Assembly (NCBI GenBank): GCA_963693095.2
Contig: OY843768.1
Location: forward strand, 1,056,001 to 1,120,000
Reading direction: 5' to 3'
Source of the DNA: Cenarchaeum sp.
GTDB lineage: Archaea > Thermoproteota > Nitrososphaeria > Nitrososphaerales > Nitrosopumilaceae
Length of the DNA: 64,000 bases
The position numbers and the translations under genes are program-made. The notes beneath the pieces were generated by a model. It made no database searches and was not told the DNA's origin. It saw only the letters and a program-made list of their open reading frames with translations. This document shows positions 18,789-28,496 of this stretch, piece after piece (position 1 is the first letter of the stretch; each line of letters starts with the position of its first letter).

Positions 18789-20093
18789 CAGTACATGATC
18801 ATGTACCGGCCCTCACGGCCAGCCATGGGGGCGGCTTCCGGGGGCGCACGCACGAGCCGCCCCCGCCGATCCAGGCCATGAACTCCACCAGGGTCGGCTC
18901 CCTCCCCGCCCCGCGCCCCAGCCGCTGGCCGGCGGCGAGCTCCCACTTTGCGAGGACCCACGCGTTGTACGCCATCATGGTGTACAGGAAGCAGAACAGG
19001 CGGTACTTCGAGTCGCGGCTGCTCGTGCGAACCCGCACGCCCTCCAGGCTCGCGTAGCCGCTCTCGATCCCCCACCGCCTCGGGTACTCCTCGTCGGGGT
19101 CGCACCCCCCGGGGACGTTGGTGGCGAACGCTATGTGCCTGGCCTCCGGGGATCCGGAGTCCCGCGTGCCCGGCTCCCTCTCCCTCTTGAGCCTCCGCTT
19201 GATGACCATCGTGTACGGGACGGTCGTACCGTCCGTGCGCGTCACCACCGTCTCCGACACGTCGCCGATCCTTCCGGCCGCGTAGTCGCGCAGCGAGGCC
19301 GTGACGCCGGGCCTGTTCGGGCACGGGACGAGGTAGCTCGCCCCCATCGAGTCGAGCGTCTCGAGGACGTCGGCGCTGAAGAACTCGCGGTCCATCAGGA
19401 CCAGGCGCACGCGCACGCCGTGCGAGAGCACGGTTTCCATTATGCGGCGCACGCACTCGGCGTTCCTGTCGCCGAGGCGCATGGGGACCGCGGCGAGCTG
19501 GAAGCGCACGCCCCTGGTGACGACCTGCGCCGACATGTACGTCTCGGCCCACGTCGTGCCCCTCTTGAAGCGCCCGCGCGACAGGTGCGAGCGGTCGCCG
19601 CTGTCGTAGCGCGGGATGTTGTGCTTGTCGATCGCCACGACGATGCCGCGCCTGGCGAGGCCCCCCGTCACCGTCGCCGACAGCAGGCCGTAGACCATCC
19701 TGTCAAAGTCCTCCCCCATCTCCGTGGCGTCCATGCGGTGGATCGCGCGCCTCACCCACAGGGCGCCGGGGAGCCTGCCGTGCGCCGACAGCGCCGACAC
19801 GGCCGCCGCCGACGAGACCGACCGGGCGAGGAGGCACGCCCCCAGCATGCAGCGGTGAAAGTCCGCGGCGCCGTACAGCGCGTTGTGCCGCGCGGACACG
19901 GGCACGCGGCACATCGCGCAGAACGCCCCGTAGATAGCCCCATATATCCGGGGGTTTGCGATCCCGCGGCGCCTCAGGCGGCCCCTTATTCGAATCAAGC
20001 GGGCCGCCTGGGGCCGCCCCCCAATTGATCTGTTTGCATTTCGGGCGGCTCAGGGGCCGTTTTGGGCGGTTTTGGGTACATGACCAACTACTG
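18789..20093 (-). mobile_element. Complete insertion sequence, ISH3 family (IS4-like DDE), 1305 bp
   Basis: 19-bp imperfect TIRs CAGTACATGATCATGTACC (18789-18807) and CAGTAGTTGGTCATGTACC (reverse complement, ending 20093); 5-bp TSD GACTT at 18784-18788 and 20094-20098. Confidence 0.92.
18799..19998 (-). CDS. DDE transposase (ISH3/IS4-like)
   Basis: VAID, LMDREFFS, YPRRWGIESGY; start uncertain (TTG 19998 or ATG 19914). Confidence 0.9.
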   Translation of the reverse strand: MIRIRGRLRRRGIANPRIYGAIYGAFCAMCRVPVSARHNALYGAADFHRCMLGACLLARSVSSAAAVSALSAHGRLPGALWVRRAIHRMDATEMGEDFDRMVYGLLSATVTGGLARRGIVVAIDKHNIPRYDSGDRSHLSRGRFKRGTTWAETYMSAQVVTRGVRFQLAAVPMRLGDRNAECVRRIMETVLSHGVRVRLVLMDREFFSADVLETLDSMGASYLVPCPNRPGVTASLRDYAAGRIGDVSETVVTRTDGTTVPYTMVIKRRLKREREPGTRDSGSPEARHIAFATNVPGGCDPDEEYPRRWGIESGYASLEGVRVRTSSRDSKYRLFCFLYTMMAYNAWVLAKWELAAGQRLGRGAGREPTLVEFMAWIGGGGSCVRPRKPPPWLAVRAGT

Positions 20094-20179
20094 GACTTTA
20101 CGCACGAGTGCGCGTCTTGTGACGTGCATTTGTCGCCTGTCCTAATGCCCTGTTTCACAGCCCCGCCCCGGCGAGCGGC

Positions 20180-20346
20180 AACTCTGGCCAAAATGCAAAT
20201 GTGGAGGCCCGCACGCCGATGCCGCGTCGGCACGCGTGGCAGACGCAAGGTACGCGGGCAAGGGCAGGGTGCCCGTAAAGAATCAGAGCAGGGCGGGCAA
20301 GGCGCAAGATCTACTGGGCAGTATCACGACTCGTCATCGTCGCCAT
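20180..20346 (-). pseudogene. Possible decayed 5' remnant of the membrane-protein gene behind peptide copy B
   Basis: Same overlapping start arrangement (MATMTSRDTAQ*), then in-frame CRRGIGVRASTF resembling LCNHVDIKASIF. Confidence 0.35.
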
Positions 20347-20524
20347 GGATGAAATCCGACCTCCGGGCGTCAAACGAGGAGTATATGCGAGTGATTGGGA
20401 GCCGTTTGGGGCCGACGTATATCGTGTTGGCCTTGTGGGCCTCGCGGCTCAGCTTGAACAGCTCGGCTTGGCTCATCTCGCACCTGCGTGCGGCCGTCAT
20501 CCAGCCGCGCAACCAGTCCCACAT
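20324..20524 (-). CDS. 66-aa hypothetical protein, copy B
   Basis: MWDWLRGWMTAARRCEMSQAELFKLSRE...; promoter also duplicated (TAGAGATCACATATAT). Confidence 0.7.
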   Translation of the reverse strand: MWDWLRGWMTAARRCEMSQAELFKLSREAHKANTIYVGPKRLPITRIYSSFDARRSDFIHGDDDES

Positions 20525-20652
20525 GGCAGCAGTTGGACGTGTCGGCGCATATATGTGATCTCTAGGCCTTGCGCACGGGCGTGCGCCCCACGACGCGCAT
20601 TTGGCGCCAGAGGCAGCCACTGTTTAAATCCCTCTGCGCTGCCATGCGCGCC

Positions 20653-22035
20653 ATGGGCACACAGATGGGAGCGGCGAGGCGCGGGGAGATAACCGATCAG
20701 ATGCGCCGCGTTGCCGCTGATGAGGGCGTCGATGTGGAGTGGCTAGCAAGACGCATGGCCACAGGCTCCATAATAATACCCTCAAACGTGCGTCGGCCGC
20801 AGTCCATACACAACGTCGGCATAGGGAAGGGCCTCAAGACAAAGGTCAACGTGAATATCGGCACGTCAACGCTCCACGTCGACGTAGAGGCAGAGGCCCA
20901 AAAGGCGCGAACCGCCGTAAAGCACCACGCCGACACGATAATGGACCTCAGTGACGGGGGCGACGTCGGCGCGATAAGGAGGCGCCTCATGGACGAGGCC
21001 CGCATAACGTTTGGAACCGTCCCGATATACGAGGCATACAACCGGGGCGTCGAAAAGCACAGAGACCCGCTCGCAATAAGCGAGGATGACTTTATTGCGG
21101 CATTTGAGTCCAACGCGCGAGACGGGGTCGACTATACGACGATACACTCGGGCATCACCATGGACATTGCAAAACGCATAGAGCGCGTGCGAAGGCACGG
21201 TGGAATAGTGAGCAAGGGCGGAACGATAACTGCGGCATGGATGATGCGCCATGGCAAGGAGAACCCATACCACTCAAACTATGACTATCTCCTCGAGGTC
21301 GCAAAGGAGCACGACGTGACGTTTAGCCTCGGCGATGCGCTCAGGCCCGGCTCGATACTCGACTCGCATGACGAGCTGCAGGTGCAGGAGATGATCAACA
21401 TTAGCGATCTCACAAAACGCGCGCACGAGTCTGACGTTCAGGTCATGGTCGAGGGTCCCGGCCATGTCCCGCTCAACGAGGTTGCGGCAAACGTCCGCGT
21501 CGCAAAGGCGCTCATAGGCGAAGTCCCGTACTATGTCCTCGGCCCGCTAGTGACTGACATTGCGTCTGGCCACGATCACATTGCGAGCGCAATCGGCGCT
21601 GCAGTGTCAGCAGCCGAGGGAGTCGACCTGCTCTGCTACCTGACGGCATCCGAGCACCTTGCGCTTCCCAATGACGCAGAGGTAAAGGACGGGCTGATCG
21701 CGTACAGGATAGCGGCCCATGCCGGCGACCTCGTCAAGAACCGCGAGCGCGCCATAAAGTGGGATCGCGCCATGACCAAGGCGCGCCGCACGCTTGACTG
21801 GGAGGCGCAGATCGCCCTCTCAATAGACCCCGAAAAGGCCGCCGCGATCCACTCGCGCACAGGCCAGCACCCCGGCAACAACGTCCCGTGCACAATGTGC
21901 GGCGGCGCGTGCGTGTATGTCATGCTCCCGCAGCAGCGCTCCTATGACCCCGAGGATCCACCAGGCGCCAAGCCCGAGGTCGCCACGCTAGAGAAGCGAG
22001 TCGAGCGTCCCGGCCAGGCACGGGACGGAGTCTAG
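20653..22035 (+). CDS. thiC: Phosphomethylpyrimidine synthase
   Basis: TKVNVNIGTS, TIMDLS, GTVPIY, SLGDALRPG, EGPGH, CTMCGGAC; start trimmed to ATG 20653. Confidence 0.97.
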   Translation: MGTQMGAARRGEITDQMRRVAADEGVDVEWLARRMATGSIIIPSNVRRPQSIHNVGIGKGLKTKVNVNIGTSTLHVDVEAEAQKARTAVKHHADTIMDLSDGGDVGAIRRRLMDEARITFGTVPIYEAYNRGVEKHRDPLAISEDDFIAAFESNARDGVDYTTIHSGITMDIAKRIERVRRHGGIVSKGGTITAAWMMRHGKENPYHSNYDYLLEVAKEHDVTFSLGDALRPGSILDSHDELQVQEMINISDLTKRAHESDVQVMVEGPGHVPLNEVAANVRVAKALIGEVPYYVLGPLVTDIASGHDHIASAIGAAVSAAEGVDLLCYLTASEHLALPNDAEVKDGLIAYRIAAHAGDLVKNRERAIKWDRAMTKARRTLDWEAQIALSIDPEKAAAIHSRTGQHPGNNVPCTMCGGACVYVMLPQQRSYDPEDPPGAKPEVATLEKRVERPGQARDGV

Positions 22036-22389
22036 TAGCCGCAGCGAGTCGCGCGCGACCCAGCGGTGCTCAGAGCCCTCCCAGTTTAGCGTGACCTGTC
22101 GGTCGCGCGCCTCAAAGAGAAACGCGTGTATGCGCCACTCGCCGCCATGCCTCTCGGACCTCACCATTGCCGGCGGTGCCGAGGAGACGAGGCGCAGCGA
22201 GTCGCGCGCGATTCGAGCCTCCTCTAGGAGCTCGGCGTATGCGCGCTCTAGGGCAGCCTCGCCGGCATTTATGCTCCCGCTTATTGCCGACCACAGCCCA
22301 CGCATCGTGCGCACGCGCTCGCTGCGGCGAACCACAAGATACTCGTTATTGTTGCGCACAAATGACGTCGCGACGTTGCGCGCATCCAA
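21988..22389 (-). CDS. NUDIX hydrolase
   Basis: Nudix box GSINAGEAALERAYAELLEEAR, LNWE, HRW; start trimmed to TTG 22389. Confidence 0.85.
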   Translation of the reverse strand: MDARNVATSFVRNNNEYLVVRRSERVRTMRGLWSAISGSINAGEAALERAYAELLEEARIARDSLRLVSSAPPAMVRSERHGGEWRIHAFLFEARDRQVTLNWEGSEHRWVARDSLRLLDSVPCLAGTLDSLL

Positions 22390-22391
22390 GG

Positions 22392-23249
22392 CTACTTTTT
22401 GTCCATCACGCGCGACATTGCAATCATCTTTTTGTACGACTCGGCGGTTCCGCCGTTGGCCTCTATCCTGGCCTGGCACGCGCGCACATAGTCGGTGACC
22501 TCTTCGGACTTGTTCTCCTGCACTGCGGTGAGGAGGCGCCCGATGTCCTTCCAGAGCTCCTCGGCGATGCGGCGAAGTTGCGGGTTTGATATTATCGTGT
22601 CAATCAGGTCAGGCGTCTCGGACATTATGCTGTCAGAGAGCGCCTTTTGTATACGGAACGTGCTGCCTGACATCTTGTGCGTTAGCGAGGGCTTTTCGTC
22701 CTTTGAGATAATGCTCGCAAATGCGATATTGACAAGGTGTGTGAGGCCGAGTATGACGGCGACCCTCTTGTCATGCTCGGCAGAGTCTATCGTGACGAAC
22801 GTCGCGTCCGGAAAGAGCGTCTTTGAGACGGCGATCTCCTTCTTGCCGTCCCTTATCGGCACAGAGATGATGTTCTGTCCCTTTGTGCCCTTGGCTCCCG
22901 GCCCGAACATTGGGTGTATGCAGACCGGAACGACCTTTGAGGGAACGCGCGAGAGAGCCGGCGCGGTCTTTAGCTTTTGCGAGGATATGTCGATGAGGTA
23001 CGCATCGCGCCTCATCTCCTTGGCGATTAGCCTGATGATCTCTGGTGTCTTTCTCGTCGGCGTGCACAGTATCACATAGTCGGCCTCGAGGATAGCCCCT
23101 ACGAGTGAGGAGCCCTTTGTGACCCCCTTTGGCAGCGATCTCGACTCGTCCTCGTCATATCCGGTGACGTCGTACTTTGGCGCAAAGTATCGGCACATCC
23201 ACGTGCCCATCTGCCCTGCGGCCCCAATCACGGACACCCGCTTCTTCAT
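22392..23249 (-). CDS. tyrA: Prephenate/arogenate dehydrogenase
   Basis: IGAAGQMG, DISSQK, IHPMFGP, EHDKRVAVILGLTH. Confidence 0.93.
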   Translation of the reverse strand: MKKRVSVIGAAGQMGTWMCRYFAPKYDVTGYDEDESRSLPKGVTKGSSLVGAILEADYVILCTPTRKTPEIIRLIAKEMRRDAYLIDISSQKLKTAPALSRVPSKVVPVCIHPMFGPGAKGTKGQNIISVPIRDGKKEIAVSKTLFPDATFVTIDSAEHDKRVAVILGLTHLVNIAFASIISKDEKPSLTHKMSGSTFRIQKALSDSIMSETPDLIDTIISNPQLRRIAEELWKDIGRLLTAVQENKSEEVTDYVRACQARIEANGGTAESYKKMIAMSRVMDKK

Positions 23250-23252
23250 GCC

Positions 23253-24644
23253 CTAGGCCCCTGAGACGACGCTATTTAGTATATCCATTCCACGCGCCAG
23301 CGTGCGTGCCTCGCGGCACGCCGAGAGGCGCACAAACTGCCCATATCCCCCAAATGCGGCCCCCGGCGCTATCGCAAGGCCCCTTTTGAGGCACTCGAGG
23401 GCGACCTCGCCGCCGTCAAGGCCGCCCGGAAGTCGCGCAAAGAGGTACATTGCGCCATCGGGCTCGGCGAACTCGAGGCCCATGGCCGATGCCTGCGGCG
23501 AGAGGCCGGCGAGCCTCGAGAGTATGTCGTGTGCTGCCCCCGGCGGCTCGGCCTGCAGCGCGGCTAGCGACGCATACTGGATCGGCGAGGGCACGCACGT
23601 GAGGCATAGCGACTGGAGGCGGCCCATGCGCCGTATCTCCTCGGGCGGTGCTATGGCATATCCGGCGCGAAACCCCGTCATCGCGTGCGACTTTGAGAGC
23701 GACTGCGTCACGATCGTCTTGTCATGGCCAAACTCTAGCGCGCTGTGCCACTCTGTGCGCGAATAGAGCGAGTATATCTCGTCGCTCAGGACATAGAGCG
23801 AGTGGCGTGCGGCAATGTCCATGATCTCCTTTTGCCTGCGCCGTGGCAGAACCTTGCCCGTTGGGTTGTTTGGATAGTTTATCGCAATCATCCTTGTGTT
23901 TGGCGTTATGGCCGACTCGATCTCAGATATATCTGGCTCCCAGCCCGACTCTAGTGTCGTGTGGATGTGCCGAACCTTTACTCCGGCGCGCATTGCGCAT
24001 TGCGCATATGCCGGCCATGCCGGCTCGATGACTATGATCTCGTCTCCAGGATCAAGAAGCGACTCTATTGCAAGGTATATCGCAAACCTTGCGCCCATTG
24101 TGACTATGACATTGTCATGCGAGAGTCCGGCAGTGTGCGCAGACTCTACGTTGGCGATGACGTCGCGCAGCTCGGTCATGCCAAGTGCGGTGCCATACTT
24201 TGTGTGCCCCTTGGCACATGCGGCAGCCAGCGCATCGACTGCATATCCGGACGGCGCCGAGTCTGGCTCGCCGACTTCCATGTGGACAATGCTCTTGCCC
24301 TCCTCCTCTAGCCTCTTTGCCTCCTGAAATATTGCCGTGTGCGACGGTGCGGCACCCGTTGCGGCCTTTGACTGGACCTGCACGGACTCGTTTAGCAAAA
24401 AGTTCAGGAGCCTGGACGCCATTGCGGCCTCGCCGCCATCGGCGCACGACTCGATGACCTTTGCGCGCAAGTCGCCCTCCCGCCCAGAGTCATCAACTGG
24501 CGCGCCCATGTCGCGCTTGGCCTCGCCTATGCGGCGCGCAAGCTCCGAGCGCCTGCCCAGAAGGCGGACCATCTCGAGTGTGACTGTGTCCATCTCCTCG
24601 CGCAGGGGCTCGAGGGGTCCGGGCTCAGAGGACGGGTCTGACAA
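23253..24644 (-). CDS. Chorismate mutase (AroQ) - class I/II aminotransferase fusion
   Basis: N-terminal LREEMDTV...RRSELARRIGEAK...RE; NYPNNPTG, SDEIY, SLSKSHAMTGFRAGY. Confidence 0.9.
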   Translation of the reverse strand: MSDPSSEPGPLEPLREEMDTVTLEMVRLLGRRSELARRIGEAKRDMGAPVDDSGREGDLRAKVIESCADGGEAAMASRLLNFLLNESVQVQSKAATGAAPSHTAIFQEAKRLEEEGKSIVHMEVGEPDSAPSGYAVDALAAACAKGHTKYGTALGMTELRDVIANVESAHTAGLSHDNVIVTMGARFAIYLAIESLLDPGDEIIVIEPAWPAYAQCAMRAGVKVRHIHTTLESGWEPDISEIESAITPNTRMIAINYPNNPTGKVLPRRRQKEIMDIAARHSLYVLSDEIYSLYSRTEWHSALEFGHDKTIVTQSLSKSHAMTGFRAGYAIAPPEEIRRMGRLQSLCLTCVPSPIQYASLAALQAEPPGAAHDILSRLAGLSPQASAMGLEFAEPDGAMYLFARLPGGLDGGEVALECLKRGLAIAPGAAFGGYGQFVRLSACREARTLARGMDILNSVVSGA

Positions 24645-25719
24645 ATCCCCCCACCAGTGCAAGGTCGGCAATAACAAGGCTCACAAGCGAGTCCACAACG
24701 GGCGGCGCGCGCGGAACCACGCACGGGTCATGCCTGCCGCGCACGCGAAGGATCGCCGGCTTGCGCGTCCTGGCGTTGACAGTAGGCTGGTCCATCGCTA
24801 TTGACGAGACTGGCTTGAAGGCAACGTTCATCGTTATCGGCATGCCATTGGAGATCCCCCCAAGAATGCCGCCTGCGTTGTTTGTGCGCGTGATGATGCG
24901 CGAGCGCCTGATCTCGTACGTGTCATTGTTCTGCGAGCCCGAGCTGGCAGCGCCGGCAAACCCCGAACCAAACTCGACGCCCTTTACTGACGGTATGGAG
25001 AACATGGCGCGGCTCAGGTCTGACTCGATGGACGCAAACAGCGGCTCGCCGAGGCCGACAGGCACTCCCGTCGTGACCGAGCGGACAATTCCTCCCAGTG
25101 AGTCCCCTGCACGCCGCGCTGACATGACTAGCTCGCGCATCCGCGATGCGGCCCTTGCGTCAGGACAGCGCACGTCGTTGCGGTACATTGCGCGCAGCGC
25201 GCGAGGTGTCGGCTCGCCCTCCATTGACACCCCGCCGATCTGCGCGGTGTACGAGTGTGTCTTTATGCCAAGCGCGACATCGATGAGCTTGCGCGCAATG
25301 GCCCCGCCCATGATGTGCGTGGCCGTCAGCCTGCCCGAGAATCGCCCGCCCCCGCGATGGTCGCCGTGACCGCCATACTTTACCATCGACGTATAGTCGG
25401 CATGGCCCGGCCTCAGCAGTCGCTCAAGGGCGTCATATGACCTCGAGTCGGCATCCTTGTTCCATGTCAGCATTGCGATCGGCGCGCCTGTCGTGCGTCC
25501 CCTAAACACGCCAGAGAGCATCTCCACGCGATCAGGCTCCTTGCGCTGCGTGGCTATGGCCGACTGGCCAGGCCGCCTCTGATCGAGCATCGGCTGTATG
25601 TCACGCTCGGATAGTCGCAGTCCGGCCGGACACCCGTCAAGGACCGCCCCGACGCACTTGCCATGGCTCTCGCCAAAGCTTGTTAGGACAAGGCGCCGGC
25701 CGATCGAGCTCTCTGACAA
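24625..25719 (-). CDS. aroC: Chorismate synthase
   Basis: SFGESHG, RPGHAD, GGGRFSGR, GILGGISNG, GRHDPCV. Confidence 0.97.
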   Translation of the reverse strand: MSESSIGRRLVLTSFGESHGKCVGAVLDGCPAGLRLSERDIQPMLDQRRPGQSAIATQRKEPDRVEMLSGVFRGRTTGAPIAMLTWNKDADSRSYDALERLLRPGHADYTSMVKYGGHGDHRGGGRFSGRLTATHIMGGAIARKLIDVALGIKTHSYTAQIGGVSMEGEPTPRALRAMYRNDVRCPDARAASRMRELVMSARRAGDSLGGIVRSVTTGVPVGLGEPLFASIESDLSRAMFSIPSVKGVEFGSGFAGAASSGSQNNDTYEIRRSRIITRTNNAGGILGGISNGMPITMNVAFKPVSSIAMDQPTVNARTRKPAILRVRGRHDPCVVPRAPPVVDSLVSLVIADLALVGGFVRPVL

Positions 25720-25921
25720 TGCAGCGCGTTTTGCGGCCGTGGCGCATATAACTCCTTACAGGTCCATGGCCTCGCAGCGCGCCGCCGGGGCACAGGGCAT
25801 GTCGCGGGCCGGCATGGCGCGCAGGGCCAGGGCAGGCGCACGTCCCCCTCGTGGGCCCGCACGCGTGACGTCTCACGGGTGCCCAATATGATAAAATAGG
25901 GCGGATCGGCCCCATGCGTCC

Positions 25922-26341
25922 GTGTCAGCAGATCCCAACAGCATACCGCCTGTCCTTCGCGAACAGGTCGAAAAGCTGCAGCAGATGCAGGGCAGCCTCC
26001 ATGGCGTCTCGGCCCAAAAGCAGCAGGTCGAAGTCGAGCGCCTCGAGGTCGAGCGCGCCCTAGAGGAGCTCAGAAAGGCCGGCGAGGACGAGACTGTCTA
26101 CAAGCATGCCGGCTCGATACTCATAAAGACGACGCGCGATGCCCTAATCGCCGAGCTCGAGGAGAGAAAAGAGCTCTCCACTACGCGCCAGACGGTCCTC
26201 GCAAAGCAGGACGCGCGCCTGCGAGAGAGCCTAAAGGAGCAGGAGGCAAAGGTCACCGACATGATAAGGGGGATGCAGAGTCCCGGCGGGCCGCAGGGCG
26301 GGCCGCCCCCACAGGGCACGCAGCCCCCTGCGCAATCGTGA
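25922..26341 (+). CDS. pfdB: Prefoldin beta subunit
   Basis: Coiled coils flanking the VYKHAGSILIK hairpin. Confidence 0.92.
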   Translation: MSADPNSIPPVLREQVEKLQQMQGSLHGVSAQKQQVEVERLEVERALEELRKAGEDETVYKHAGSILIKTTRDALIAELEERKELSTTRQTVLAKQDARLRESLKEQEAKVTDMIRGMQSPGGPQGGPPPQGTQPPAQS

Positions 26342-26363
26342 TATAGCGCACGGCGTAACGTGT

Positions 26364-27173
26364 GTGCGCATGGACATCAAGAACCTGCGCATCATTGCAG
26401 ATGAGCGCGAGCGAAAGAGCCGCATACCCGCACTCCTCACAAAGCTCGGCGTGCAGACTGACTTTAGCACTCTAGTGACCGGCGACTATATCGTAGCAAC
26501 GGACACGGGTGTGGAGCGCAAGAGCACGCGTGACCTCATCGCGTCTGTCGTTGACGGTCGGCTAGATGAGCAGTGCAAGAGGCTAAAGACAGAGTTTCGC
26601 CATCCCGTCCTAGCAGTGGAGGGGCCTTCTGAGGATATTACGCGCCACGTGGAGAACTCGTATGTGTTCTATGACACCGTGGCAAGGGTTGCTATCGAGT
26701 CAGGCATCTCGCTCGTGCAAACGCCTGATGCCAACGGGACCGCAAGGCTGCTCATCGCGCTCGGGACGCGAAAGGGCGTGCGCAGGGGCGAGCTCCTCAA
26801 GAGGCAGCGCAGGAGACCCGGCGCGAGCGTGCGCGAGCAGCAGCTTTGCACGCTGTGCAGCCTGCCGGGCATTGGCGAAAAGCTTGCCACGCGAATGCTA
26901 GACAGGTTTGGCACGCCGATGGCCGCCTTTGGCGCATCAGCGTCCGAGCTTGCGCGCGTCGAGGGCATTGGAGCCGTGCGCGCCAAAAGGCTTTGCGCGA
27001 TCATGGGCTCGCCGGCCCGCACTCGCGCCCCCGGGAGGCCTGCGAGTCGCCGGACGCCGGACCGCCGGACCGCCGCAGACCGCACAGCGGGACTCGGAGC
27101 CCATGTCACGCGAGCACGCCGGACAGCGCCTCGTCCAGCGCCGCGGCGTGCGCGTGCCGGCCGTCATGACTGA
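26364..27173 (+). CDS. xpf: ERCC4/XPF structure-specific nuclease with HhH
   Basis: IIADERE, GDY...VERKS..DL, LPGIGEK, VEGIG. Confidence 0.9.
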   Translation: MRMDIKNLRIIADERERKSRIPALLTKLGVQTDFSTLVTGDYIVATDTGVERKSTRDLIASVVDGRLDEQCKRLKTEFRHPVLAVEGPSEDITRHVENSYVFYDTVARVAIESGISLVQTPDANGTARLLIALGTRKGVRRGELLKRQRRRPGASVREQQLCTLCSLPGIGEKLATRMLDRFGTPMAAFGASASELARVEGIGAVRAKRLCAIMGSPARTRAPGRPASRRTPDRRTAADRTAGLGAHVTRARRTAPRPAPRRARAGRHD

Positions 27174-27518
27174 GACGACGCGCATGCCCATCGTCTTTGC
27201 CACGTTGGAAACGGCATAGTCATCAGTGACGAGCTCGCCTCCAAGCTCGGAGCACAGCGCGATGACTGACATGTCTGCGCGCGAGAGCGCATCAGACTCG
27301 CCTACGCGCCGTGCTGCTGCGCGTGCGGCGGCAACTGATGCCTCAGACGGGGCCATGACGACGAGTCGTCTGACTGCGATGAGCGTCTCGATTGCGCCGT
27401 GGGCCGACTTTATGTGGCGGATCTCGCCATACACGTCCTCTGTCGTGTGCAGGATGCCAGATGACGCAAATGGAACGCCCGCATAGAACGCCGAGGCGTC
27501 AAGAACCCTAAAAGCCAA
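26937..27518 (-). CDS. nob1: Nob1 PIN endonuclease (rRNA maturation) with Zn ribbon
   Basis: VLDASAF, LSRADMSV, TDDYAVSNVA, CPAC...CAVCG. Confidence 0.9.
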   Translation of the reverse strand: MAFRVLDASAFYAGVPFASSGILHTTEDVYGEIRHIKSAHGAIETLIAVRRLVVMAPSEASVAAARAAARRVGESDALSRADMSVIALCSELGGELVTDDYAVSNVAKTMGMRVVSVMTAGTRTPRRWTRRCPACSRDMGSESRCAVCGGPAVRRPATRRPPGGASAGRRAHDRAKPFGAHGSNALDARKLGR

Positions 27519-28323
27519 GCTTTGTCATCTGTCTCAGGCCAGCCTTTCTCTGCCTCACAAACACCGCATGGCGGCTGTGGCGCCTTATCGTTATCGAGCC
27601 GCCAAACTCGACTGGCCTGATAACCTGCGCGTCCATGACAACGTTGCAGTCATGTGAGCACTTCACCTCGATCTTTTCATCTGGCACGACGATCGACTCG
27701 AGCCTGAACACTGGGGCAACTGGCGTTATGATAAGCACGTCGAGCGTCTCGTGGAGTATCGGGCCTCCAAGCGATAACGAGTGCCCTGTTGAGCCGCTAG
27801 GTGTCGCCACGATAACGCCGTCCATCTTTTGCGTGACTGTGTCGTTCTGAAACTTTATCTCAAACTCGGATGTCCGCGTAAGGTTGGCGCGGCTGATGAA
27901 TATCTCATTGAGCGCGGCCGGAAACTCCTCGCCGCCAGTAGAGGCTGACACGCGCACGCGCCGGTCAAGGAATATCTTGTCGTGGCGAACCTGCTCAATT
28001 GCGCCGTCAATCCCGTCCATCGTAGTCTCGGAGAGTATGCCGCGGTTTCCGCCGACGTTTACGGCAAGCATCGGAACCTCAGAGTCGAGGCCGCGTGCCG
28101 TTCTCAGGGTCGTCCCGTCGCCGCCTAGCGTGATGACCATGTCAAGGCTCTCGCCGCGCATCGACTCGACATCCTCGGCGACGCGAACGCCCTCAGCAGA
28201 CACCGGCGGCGTCGCGATGACCTCCGAGCCGGCAGCCGCAAGCCGGCTAGCCACCGCAGTCGCCGCCCTAGCAGCGTCTGCTGAGCCAAGCTTGCACACA
28301 ATGCCAACCCTGTCGAGCCTCAT
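27508..28323 (-). CDS. nadK: NAD kinase
   Basis: LGGDGTTL, ALNE, DGVIVATPSGSTGHSLSLGGP. Confidence 0.95.
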   Translation of the reverse strand: MRLDRVGIVCKLGSADAARAATAVASRLAAAGSEVIATPPVSAEGVRVAEDVESMRGESLDMVITLGGDGTTLRTARGLDSEVPMLAVNVGGNRGILSETTMDGIDGAIEQVRHDKIFLDRRVRVSASTGGEEFPAALNEIFISRANLTRTSEFEIKFQNDTVTQKMDGVIVATPSGSTGHSLSLGGPILHETLDVLIITPVAPVFRLESIVVPDEKIEVKCSHDCNVVMDAQVIRPVEFGGSITIRRHSRHAVFVRQRKAGLRQMTKLGF

Positions 28324-28496
28324 GCGGCACACGCATGCGCGCCTCAATTAAAAACAACCGACTCGGCATGGGCGCCATTGCGCGCGCCAGCAGCAGCGCA
28401 CGCGCGGGATCGGTGCGGCCTGAGAGCCAGGCTCTGCGCACGCGTGGGTGACGCGCGGCATGGCGCCCACAGTTTAAACGAGGCCATCGCAGGCGC

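Noticed and set aside
23253-24644. Chorismate mutase-aminotransferase and ThiD-ThiN fusions as novelties
   Set aside because: As far as I recall these are ordinary architectures in this archaeal group
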